From contig NC_091290.1 in the NCBI RefSeq assembly GCF_032444005.1, positions 135,966,001 through 136,030,000 of the forward strand: a DNA stretch of 64,000 bases, read 5' to 3'. A model generated the notes under the pieces. That model ran no database searches. It was not told the DNA's origin and was given only the letters and a program-made list of their open reading frames with translations. Source of the stretch: Ranitomeya imitator. Its lineage: Eukaryota. Positions 45,338 to 57,000 of this stretch are shown one piece after another (the stretch's first letter is position 1; every line of letters begins with the position of its first letter). Made by a program: the position numbers and the translations under genes.

Positions 45338-46867
45338 CACTGTGTGGAGAATTATTAGGCAAGTTGTATTTTAGAGGATTATTTTTATTGCTCAACAACT
45401 ATGTTCTCAATCAACCCAAAAGACTCATAAGTATCAAAGCTTAATATTTTTGGAAGTTGGAGTGTTTTTTTTATTAGATTTGGCTATGTTAGGAGGATCT
45501 CTGTGCAGGTAACTATTACTGTGCAGAATTATTAGGCAACTTCATAAAAACCAAATATATTCCCATCTCACTTGTTTATTTTCACCAGGTAAACCAATAT
45601 AACTGCACAAAATTTTGAAATAAACATTTCTGACATGCAAAAACAAAGCCCCCCAAAATTAGTGACCAATATAGCCCCCTTTCTTTATGATGACACTCGG
45701 CAGCCTCCATCCATAGATTCTGTCAGTTGCTTGATCTGTTTATGATGAACATTGCGTGCAGCAGCCACCACAGCCTCCAGACACTGTTCCGAGAGGTGGA
45801 CTGTTTTCCCTTCCTGTAGATCTCACATTTTATGAGGGACCACAGGTTCTCTATGGGGTTCAGTCAGGTGAACAAGGGGGCCATGTCATTATTTTGTCTT
45901 CTTTGAGACCTTTACTGGCCAGCTACGCTGTGGAGTAGTTGGAGCCATCTGACGGAGCATTGTCCTGCATGAACATCATGTTTTTCTTGAACCATACCGA
46001 CTTCTTCCTGTACCACTGCTTGAAGAAGTTGTCTTCCAGAAACGCAGTAGGTCTGGGAGTTTAGCTTCACTCCATCCTCAACCCAAAAAGGCCCCACAAG
46101 TTCATCTTTGATGATACCAGCCCATACCAGTACCCCACCTCCACCTTGCTGGCGTCTGAGTTGGAGTGGAGCTCTCTGCCCTTTACTGATCCAGCCTCTG
46201 CCCCATCCATCTGGCCCATCAAGAGTCACTCTCATTTCATCAGTCCAGAAAACCTTTGATAAGATATTTCTTGGCCCAGTCTTGACGTTTTATCTTATGT
46301 TTCTTGTTCACAGATGGTCGTTTTTCAGCCTTCCTTACCTTGACCATGTCCCTGAGTATCGCACACCTTGTGCTTTTTGTTACTCCAGTAACGCTGCAGC
46401 TCTGAAATATGGCAAAACTGGTGGCAAATGGCATCTTGACGCTTGATTTTCCTCAATTCATGGGCAGTTATTTTGCGCCTTTTTTGCCCAACACCCTTCT
46501 TGAGACCTTGTTGGCTATTTGCCGTGAAACGCTTGATTGTTCGGTGATCACGCTTCAAAAGTTTGGCAATTTCAAGACTGCTGCATCCCTCTGCAAGACA
46601 TCTCACAATTGTGGACTTTTCAGAGCCGTCAAATCTCTCTTCTGACCCATTTTGCCAAAGGAAAGGAAGTTGCCTAATAATTAAGCACACCTTATATAGG
46701 GTTCTGATGTCATTCGACAACACCCCTCCTCATTACAGAGATGCACATCACCTGATTTACTTAATTGGTAGTTGGCTCTCAAGCCTGAACAGCTTGGAGC
46801 AGGACAACATGTATAAAAAGCATCATGTGATCAAAACACAACTTGCCTAATAATTCTGCACACAGTG
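45338..46867 (-). mobile_element. Tc1-family transposon with DD37E spacing (TRT-like), decayed
   Basis: TA-flanked TIRs cactgtgtg(g/c)agaattattaggca. ATG at 46650 (MGQKRDL). Motifs VTLDGPDGW, VWAGII, FMQDNAPS and SPD(L)NPIE with 37 residues between D and E after repairing a 1-nt deletion. Confidence 0.85.
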
Positions 46868-46951
46868 TATATTTTCTTCAGCCGAAATACTCCTCTAAAG
46901 GCTGCAAATCCTGATTACTCGAGGATGGAGCCAACAACCAGATTACTCAGG

Positions 46952-47408
46952 TGTGGAGCCGTCAGACTGATTACCCGGGGGTGGAGCCGTCAGACTGATT
47001 ACCCGGGGGTGGAGCCGTCAGACTGATTACCCGGGGGTGGAGCCGTCAGACTGATTACTGGGGGGTGGAGCCGTCAGACTGATTACTCGGGGGTGGAGCC
47101 GTCAGACTGATTACTCGGGGGTGGAGCCGTCAGACTGATTACCCGGGGGTGGAGCCGTCAGACTGATTACCCGGGGGTGGAGCCGTCAGACTGATTACTG
47201 GGGGGTGGAGCCGTCAGACTGATTACTCGGGGGTGGAGCTGTCAGACTGATTACCCGGGGGTGGAGCCGTCAGACTGATTACTCGGGGGTGGAGCCGTCA
47301 GACTGATTACTCGGGGGTGGAGCCGTCAGACTGATTACTCGGGGGTGGAGCCGTCAGACTGATTACTCGGGGGTGGAGCCGTCAGACTGATTACTCGGGG
47401 GTGGAGCC
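46952..47408. repeat. 28-bp G-rich minisatellite, about 16 copies (gtggagccgtcagactgattacYcgggg)
   Basis: Direct head-to-tail units with variation only at the acccg/actcg/actgg position and no spacers. Confidence 0.95.
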
Positions 47409-47519
47409 TTTACTCTGTGAGTCCAGTTTTCATTAGCAGCATAAAAGATTTAGGATCCAGTTTCTCCCCATAGATTAATGTGGGAAATAACATCTGCTGT
47501 AGCCTGCAGTTATCAGGGC

Positions 47520-48000
47520 ACCCTGGGAGTTGTAGTTCTGCAATCAGCAGCGATCTGCATTGCTCTATAACACCACTGTTCGGTGTCCCCCTCCTAGTAT
47601 TACGGTATGTAATGCCATGAATCATCTGTTTCACTCTCTGCATTTATCCGCAGTCTGTACAGCCCGATTTGCTCTCCAGTCTCCATATCACCAGTGCACT
47701 GTGTGAGGAATTCTGGGTATTGTAGTCCTGCACGTAACATCGGCTTATGTGTAACGAAACCAACCTGCGGGAAAAGACTACAACTCCCAGAATCCCTCAG
47801 GCGTGACGCCCACATTCCGGTCTGGCGCTAAGTATGATGTGAGTATGACATGACGGAAGGAAAGTAACGGGCTGCGGAGCCCGGTGTGTGAGGAGGAGCG
47901 GAGTGTGGACTGTCGGCCGCGGCGCCTTTATAGCCTCCGTACTCAGCGGTGTGCATGGTGACGTCATCACTAATGGCGGGGTATGGGAGCCGGTGTGCAG
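47520..48000 (+). promoter_or_regulatory. ADAT1 CpG-rich promoter with three ZNF143/THAP11-type motifs
   Basis: gactacaactcccagaatccc (47776-96), and on the minus strand ctgggagttgtagtt (47523) and ctgggtattgtagtc (47713). CRE tgacgtca at about 47959. Confidence 0.75.
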
Positions 48001-51000
48001 CAGCTCCCAGAGGGCAATGCGGTGCCCAGGACCCACAGGGGAGACCTGATGAGTCTCCATGACAGCCAGGCTGCCGGTATTTCCCACTGGGAATGTTCGC
48101 AGTGATATTTGTGGTCATTGTTACATATTGTGATTGCAATTAGAGCCAAAATAGTGCTGGAAACCGACACTGCGCGTCTCTATGGGCGGTTATTGAAAGT
48201 TTGGGGCAGGATCCACCCCTCCCCCCAGTCCTGCCAACCTCGTAGCCAATGGATCTCATGAATTAAAGGGAATGTCCATCACAGGTCACTTCTGCCCCGG
48301 GAGGTGAGCGCTGTGACGTCACCTCTCCCAAGTATCAGTGTAGTGAGCTGCTACGGACGATCCCTTTAATTCAAGCGAATGCCATGGGATTGCTTTATCA
48401 CCCGCAAGTGCGCAGCAAGCAAGTCGCCAACACTCCGGCTAATTACGACTGTTTGTGACCTGATACACGACAAGCAAGTGGCAATGTTCTGGCATGCCAC
48501 ATTCACCATTTAGTCCCAGCCTAAGCCAGGACTGGTTCCATCACTTGTATCTAGTGGCTCTTAACGGGATCTTTTCTCCGGTTACAGGTCGGACGCTGCG
48601 GATGAGATCGCTGCGTTGTGTTATGATCATTATCGCACCAAGCTCCCTAAGCAAGGCCAACCAGACACCAGCAAGGAATGGACCCTGATGGCGGCGGTGA
48701 TACAGGTGGAGTCTGTGCCTGGAACCAAGAAAGGTGATGGTGGATACTGGGCTGCCTAGACCTGCCCACGTAGTTCCCTCTCTGCCCACCAGGTTGTGTA
48801 ACGCTTCCATTTCCAATCCTGCCCACGTAGTTCCCTCTCTGCCCACCAGGTTGTGTAACGCTTCCATTTCCAATCCTGCCCACGTAGTTCCCTCTCTGCC
48901 CACCAGGTTGTGTAACGCTTCCATTTCCAATCCTGCCCACGTAGTTCCCTCTCTGCCCACCAGGTTGTGTAACGCTGCCATTTCCAATCCTGCCCATCTA
49001 CAACCCCTGGCAAAAATTATGTAATCTCCGGCCTTGGAGGATGTTCATTCAGTTGTTTAATTTTGTAAAAAAAAAAAGCAGATCACAGACATGGCGCAAA
49101 ACTAAAGTCATTTCAAATGGCTTTAAGAAACACTTAAATAAATCAAGAACAAAAAATGTGGTAGTCAGTAATGGTTACTTTTTTTTAACCAAGCATAGGG
49201 GAAAATTATGGAATCACCCTGTAAATTTTCATAACCAAAAATAACACCTGCATCAAATAAGATCTGCTCGCTAGTCTGCATCTAAAAAGGAGTGATCACA
49301 CCTCGGAGAGCTGTTGCACCAAGTGGACTGACATGAATCATGGCTCCAACACGAGAGATGTCAATTGAAACAAAGGAGAGGATTATCAAACTCTTACAAG
49401 AGGGTAAATCATCACGCAATGTTGCAAAAGATGTTGGTTGTTCACAGTCAGCTGTGTCTAAAATCTGGACCAAATACAAACAACATGGGAATGTTGTTAA
49501 AGGCAAACATACTGGTAGACCAAGGAAGACATCAAAGCTTCAAGACAGGAAACTTAAAGCAATATGTCTCCAAAACAGGAAATGCACAACAAAACAAATG
49601 AGCGAATGGGAGGAAACTGGAGTCAACGTCTGTGACCGAACTGTAAGAAACCGCCTGAAGGAAATGGGATTTACATACAGGAAAGCTAAGCGAAAGCCAT
49701 CATTAACACCTAAACAGAAAAAGGTTACAATGGGCTAAGGAAAAGCAATCGTGGACTGTGGATGACTGGATGAAAGTCATATTCAGTGATGAATTGCGAA
49801 TCTGCATTGGGCAAGGTGATGATGCTGGAACTTTTGTTTGGTGCCGTTCCAATGAGAGTTATAAAGATGACTGTCTGACGAGAACATGCAAATTTCCACA
49901 GTCATTGATGATATGGGGCTGCATGTCAGGTAAAGGCACCGGGGAGATGGCTGTCATTACATCTTCAATAAATGCACAAGTTTATGTTGATATTTTGGAC
50001 ATATTTCTTATCCCATCAATTGAAGGGATGTTTGGGGATGATGAAATCATTTTTCAAGATGATACATCATGCCATAGAGCAAAAACTGTGAAAACATTCC
50101 TTGAAAATAGACACATAAGGTCAATGTCACGGCTGCAAATAGTCCGGATCTCAATCCAATTGAAAATCTTTGGTGGAAGTTGAAGAAAATGGTCCATGAC
50201 AAGAATCCAACCTGCAAAGCGGATCTGGGGACAGCAATCAGAGAAAGTTGGAGCCAGATTGATGGAGAGTCCTGTGTGACAATCATTAAGTCCAGACCTC
50301 AGAGACTGCAAGCTGTTAGAAAAGCCAGAGGTGGTGCAACATAATACTAGTGATGTGTTGGAGGGTTTTTTTGTTTGTATTTCATGATTCCATAATTTTT
50401 TCCTCAGAATTGATTCCATAATTTTTCCCCTTTGCTTGGTTAAAAAAAGTAACCACTACTGACTACCATTTTTATTCTTGATTTCTTTTTGTGTTTATTA
50501 AAGCCAGAAAGTTGCCATTTGTAATGACTTTAGTTTTGCGCCATGTCTGTGATCTGCTTTTTTTCTACAAAATTAAACAACTGAATGAACATCCTCCAAG
50601 GCCGGCGATTCCATAATTATTGCCAGGGGTTGTAGTTCCCTCTCTGCCCACCAGGTGGTGTAACGCGTCTATTTCCAATTCTAAGATGCGATCGTCTTAT
50701 ACTGTATTTTCTTTCTATTTTATTTCACAGTTGTTGCTATGGGAACTGGAACAAAATGTATCGGGCAATCAAAATTACGGAAGACCGGTGAGTATGCCAT
50801 CACTAGACTGAAGAATCTCTTTAACCCCTTCACGAAATTCGCCGTACATATACAGCGCTGCGGGAGGTGCATTCCTGCGAACCCTCATACATGGGGCAAT
50901 GATAGTGTCAGCTCACTTGCAGAGCCGGCACAATCAGCGGGTGTCTGCTTTAGATCATGGCTGACACCGGCAGAAACAATCTGTACTAGCGCGGATCGTG

Positions 51001-54000
51001 GACGTTTAACCCCTCTAATGCCCCTGTCAGTAGTGACATCGATGGGCATCGCAGCAGGAGGGAGCTCCGTGACTGCTCCCATCGGCACAATGCAATCATG
51101 AAGTTGAAAGCAGGCTGGGGGTGAAGGAGTTAAGGATATAGATGAACTGCTCAACTTTTTTTTTTTTAACTTTCAAATAGAGAGCTGTCATCCATTATGG
51201 CCGGTATGATGGGAGTCGACTTGTCTGCCCGTCCATAAATAAACACTCAGATGGGCCAAAATATATGTGTAATTTAATAGGGCTGAGCGGATGTTGACTC
51301 TACTTATTTCAATGTCTTGTACTGTATACGGGGACAGACACGAGCCCTGTCATTAACCACTGCATTATGTTCCTGCCCAGGTGACGTTCTCCAGGACAGT
51401 CATGCAGAGATAATTGCCAAGAGGAGTTTTCAGAGGTAACGATGCTGAGTTTGCATGAATGCTTGTTAGTCACAGACAGGCGAACCAAACATCTCATTAC
51501 TTGTCGGCTCCCGGACTATCATTTCTTCTGCTGTGTCCTTATATCTACAATTGACGGCTTTGCTGGGGAAAGTTTCTGGAGTAAATCCACAGTGGCAAGT
51601 TTGCACTTAATGTTTCAGAAGTTGGTCTGGACTTTACTGCTGATGTTCTGCAGTGAGCAAAATATACTTTTTAGTCGCCCCATGACTGGTCCCGGCCGGT
51701 CCGGTACACCTCTGCTTCCTGTGATGAGGTTTTATCCCCGGAGGCCTGATTGTACCTGGACCCTCAAGGAATTAATTTGGAGCGCCACCACGGGGCGAGT
51801 ATAGGAGCGCTATCAGGGGGGTGAGAATAGGAGTGCCAACGGGGGGGTGAGTATAGGAGCACCAAGGGGGGGTGTGAGTATAGGAGCGCCATCGGGAGTG
51901 GGGAGTATAGGAGCGCCAAGGGGGGGGTGTGTATAGGAGCGCTATCAGGGGGGTGAGTATAGGAGCGCCAACAGGGGGGGGGTGAGTATAGGAGCGCCAT
52001 CACGGGGGTGAGTATAGAAGCATCAGGGGGGGGTGAGTATAGGAGCGCCAACAGGGGGTGAGTGTAGGAGCGCCATCAGGGGGGTGAGAGTAGGAGCGCC
52101 AATGGGGGGGTGAGTATAGGAGCACCAGGGGGGGTGAGTATAGGAGCGCCAACGGGGGGGTGAGAATAGGAGCGCCAACGGGGGGGTGAGTATAGGAGCG
52201 CCAACGGGGGGGGGGGGGGGGTGAGTATAGGAGCGCCAACAGGGGGGTGAGTATAGGAGCGCCAACAGGGGGGTGAGTATAGGAGCGCCATCAGGGGGGC
52301 GAGAATAGGAGCGCCAACGGGGGGGTGAGTATAGGAGCGCTATCAGGGGGATGAGTATAGGAGCACCAACGGGGGGGGGTTGAGTATAGGAGCGCCATCA
52401 GGGGGGCGAGTATAGGAGCGCCATCAGGGGGGCGAGAATAGGAGCACCAACGGGGGGGTGAGTATAGGAGCACCAGGGGGCGTGAGTATAGGAGCGCCAA
52501 TAGGGGGGTGAGAATAGGAGCGCCAACGGGGGGGCGAGTATAGGAGCGCCATCAGTGGGGTGAGTATAGGAGCGCCATCAGGGGGGTGAGTATAGGAGCG
52601 CCAACGGGGGGCAAGTATAGGATTGAGAATGGGTGTATCCTCCCCAAACTGTAGGGTGGAGCAGCACTTCTCATCTTTACCTACAGGCTGAGAGAAGCTG
52701 GAGGACAGCACAGTACTCGTGACTGGCGCCCGTTTCCTCTGCAGCTCTCCCGTCCTGTGCGCTGAAGCATTAAAGCCCAATGCAAAAATAAGAGGCAGAA
52801 AGTGAAGGGACAATACGGCTCGTAGAGGATTAGAAAACCATGACCACTGTGCTCTGTGCACTGGTCAGGAGCGGAGATGCAGGTCAGTGCCGGTGTAATA
52901 TGTGGTAACGAGCTGCAATGTTGTTCGCAATCTGGGCGCCGCTTGTGATGATATAACTGTGACTTGAGTCGAGTATAAGATCGGCCATGTGGGGGGTGGG
53001 TGGGATGATCGGCCATGTCTGGGGGATGATCGGCCATGTCTGGGGGATGATCGGCCATGTCTGGGGGATGATCGGCCATGTCTGGGGGATGATCGGCCAT
53101 GTCTGGGGGATGATCGGCCATGTCTGGGGGATGATCGGCCATGTCTGGGGTATGATCGGCCATGTCTGGCGGGTGATCGGCCATGTCTGGGGTATGATCG
53201 GCCATGTTGCGAGATCAGACCGCTCGTCTTCCAGAGCGGACACTTTGCTTTTGCTCAGTACTACAGGCTGTAATGGGGGCTCTGCCTTCTTGTCTCGGCC
53301 AGGTATCTCCTCCATCAGCTTCCCTTAGCGCTGTCAGGGAGCCAGGATTGTGTGCTCGTCCCTGGAAGTGACCCCAAGAGGTGGGCGCTGAGGCCGGGAG
53401 TCTCCTTTGTGTTCTTCACCAGTCACACACCATGTAAGTACCTGCTTATGCTAATAGAGGGGGGTCCTGTGCGTGTGTGGAACCACAAAGCAGACACACC
53501 GTTCCCTCCGTGTCTGGCCACCATAGAGCATCCATCTAATACCCCACTATTTGCCCTACAGGCGGTGATGCCTCCATTATTCCCATGCTTCCCCCAGAGG
53601 ACCAGCTCTGTCCCACGTCCGCAGCGTCATCCGAGGCGACACCGATCACTGCCGGAGATAAAAGGAAGCCGGCGGCTTGTGATTCCCCCGCTGCTAAGAG
53701 AATGAGACAAGATGGATCTGAGCAGGAAACCGGGTACAAAACTGAAGAGAAGGAAAAGGAAGACAGTGCAGATTTTACCCCTGAGCCCATAGATGTGTTC
53801 AGGACTGGAGCGAAGTGCGTTCCCAGGGAGGTGCAAGATAAACGGAATCCAGGGCCAGACTATCACACTGTGGGGGTCCTTCGCATCAAGCCTGGTAGGG
53901 GGGACCGCACCATATCCATGTCCTGCAGCGATAAGATGGCTCGCTGGAACGTGCTGGGCCTCCAGGGGGCGCTACTCATGCACTTTCTACAACAGCCCAT

Positions 54001-57000
54001 CTATCTTTCCTCGGTGGTGGTGGGCAAGTGCTCGTTCAGCCAGCAGTCCATGGAGCGGGCTCTGCACAGCCGGTACTCCATACTCCTTAGCCACTATTCA
54101 CATTGAGCAGTGGCAGACACGTCTGATTTGCTTTTTTCTTCCCTATCCAGGTGCCGAAATGTATGGGGTCTGCCCGACGGATACCGGGCGCATCAGCCAC
54201 AGATTCTGCAGTCACAACTACAGTTTCAGCATGGGAGAGACTCACTGAGCAAGGCGGACGGTGCAAGGAAGATGGTGCCCTGCGGGGCAGGTGAGTGCAT
54301 GCCCAGAGATGTACGCCTGACCGGACCCTGCTGCACTGGTCCCTAATGTTATCCATGTGTTATCCATTATGTTAACCAGATAGTACAGCCAAAAAACGTA
54401 CAGAGATTGTGTCTGGTGTGGAACGACCATCTCAGCTCTGCTACATCGGACGAATCCTCCACAGACACGACTGATCTTATAACGTTGTGTTCAATGTTTC
54501 CTGCAGCGATTAGTTGGTGCGCAGTCCCACATCAGCCACTAGATGTAACCGCTAACGGCTACCGACAAGGGACAACGAAGAAAGCAATCGGAGCGCCACA
54601 GTCCAGGTAGCGATGCCACTAGTGGGGGGCTGCAGAGGGTCCTGCACCCCGGGCATGGTGAAGGGACATCGAGGCGAGCCACCTACACAGTGGATTGCCC
54701 AAGAAGTGTTACCACCCATGGTGGATGACGTCCTCCTGGGGGTCAGTCCGATGTTGTGACCCGGTGCGGACGCAGTGCAGTTATTGTATATTAAGGAAGG
54801 TGATTTATGTTTTTCTCCAGATCCCGAATCTGTAAAGTGGAAATGTTTCACACGTTCCGTCACCTGGTGGAGAATCTGGCCGAAGAGCAGATCCCGGCGA
54901 CCCTCAGGTAACAGCGCCACACACTCGAAAATGATAACTGGTTATTAGTCTCTAGCGGTCGTGTGTCCTGAGTGCGGCCGCGATGTCCGGACCGGCTGTG
55001 CGACTACTTACCCGAACTCAGCAGCGTAATGGTTTCCTACAGCACAGTTGAGTCCGTGTCTGGACATGGCGGCCCATCCTCTTAACATCGCAGAGCGTGA
55101 ACGTCAGACATGTGAAACTGGCCTTAGACTGGATATGTGTCCAGGTTTTTGATGCCACAGATTAATTTCTGCAGTCACTTTTGACCACAGCATCTAAAAG
55201 GTTAAACTAAAGACCCCGAGGGTCTGCGGGCAGTATTGCTTGGTGTACATTCATGGCGCTGGACGTTGCTTACCTAGCACCGCACCTAACGGAAATTTAC
55301 AGTGGATGGCGCCAAAGGGTTAAAGATAAAGCTGAATGTCCGGGCAGGGAGGGACGGGCGAGACGCCTGCCTGCTCTGCAGGATTGTCAGTGACTTGTGA
55401 TGTCACCCCGTCCTGGGATTCAGAGGGGCGAACGAAAAACTATTCTTGTTTATAGCCAAAGAACCACCCCTCCTACGTGTCACAGCTAACTCACTAATCA
55501 GTCCTCCTATAACGACCTTAAAGTGAACCTGTCACCTGAATTTGGCGGGACAGGTTTGTGGTCATATGGGCGGAGTTTTCGGGTGTTTGATTCATCCTTT
55601 CCTTACCCGCCGGCTGCAATATTGGATTGAAGTTCATTCTCTGTCCTCCATAGTACACGCCTGCGCAAGGACCCCTAGCCTTAAATTGACAAGTAAACAA
55701 AATCGGACTTGTATCTGTGTTTTCGTAACACGTTTGATACATTTCGCCTGCACTGAAACATAGTAACAAACGCTCAGCATAGGAAGTAGCTTTGTGTTAC
55801 TTATGTATTTAGACCGGATACTTCTGTGACAAACCTTCAGACGTGAGACGTTGCGTGAAGAAAGCAGAGATCTTATAAACTGTGAGGACCTGAGTGTTTT
55901 TGGAAAGTTGCAGACTTTTTTGGCAGGATTTCAGCTTTAGTTACAAAAAAAAAAAACAGGGACCCCTTTAATTTTGTGATGAGTGATCGGACACCCACGT
56001 GGCTCCTTATGGAGGAGATTAAACGGCACAATGGAAAAATGAGTCGCCCTTTTAGTCGTTGCCTCGTCTTCTGAGCCCTGAGGATTAGGCGCCTCCATCA
56101 CCGGCACAAGCGCTGCAACGGTGCCAGGAAAAGCTGGCGAATGTCTGTAGTGGGGTCCGGCCCTAGGGGTCTAGATCACAGGCTTTTCTATGAATGAACC
56201 ACCTCGGGCCAGGAGGACGTGGGATCGGTTTTCAGCAAATTTTCTACAACTGCTCTTAGTTCAAATCAACTTTGCCAACTTTTTATTGAACTTTCAGAGA
56301 CTAAAAACCATTTTCTGCTCATAGCCTGGTCACAAAGCTGCCCACCTCCTTACAATGTGTCAGTAAAAGCTGCCGGACACAGATTGAGGCTGCTGTTGTA
56401 ACTCATCCAGATATTCAGTCACCGACAGCAAACAAAGACCCTAAGATGTTATCCATGTTTGGGATTTTTTTTTTTTTACTTAAATGCATGTATTTGGGTC
56501 TAATAATAATTTTTGCAATTAGATTTTATTCAAAATTTTGCACCGATTGCCTTTTAGGGTAAAGGTACCTTTACACTGAACAACTTAACAACGATAACGA
56601 TTCGTGCCGTTGCAGCATCATAGATAGCGATATCGTTGTGTTTGACACGCAGCAGCGATCTGGATCCTGCTGTGACATTGTTGGTCGGAGCAGAAAGGCC
56701 AGAACGTTATTTTGTCGCTGGATCTCCCGCTGACATCGCTGAATCGGTGTGTGTGACGTGTGTAAAAAAAACAAAAACAAACACTACATACTTACATTCC
56801 GGTGTCTGTCCCCCGGCGTTCTGCTTCCCTGCACTGACTGAGCGCCGGCTGGCCGTAAAGCACAGCGGTGACGTCACCGCTCTGCTTTACGGCCGGCGCT
56901 TACACAGTGCAGTGAAGCAAAACGCCGGGGGAGAGACACCGGAATGTAAGTATGTAGTGTTTTTTTTTTTTTACATTTACACTGGTAACCAGGGTAAACA

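Noticed and set aside
46952-47408. Regular short repeats resembling a CRISPR array (also 48762-49000, 51785-52615, 52982-53205)
   Set aside because: Units are head-to-tail with no unique spacers, there are no cas genes, and the context is vertebrate. These are minisatellites.
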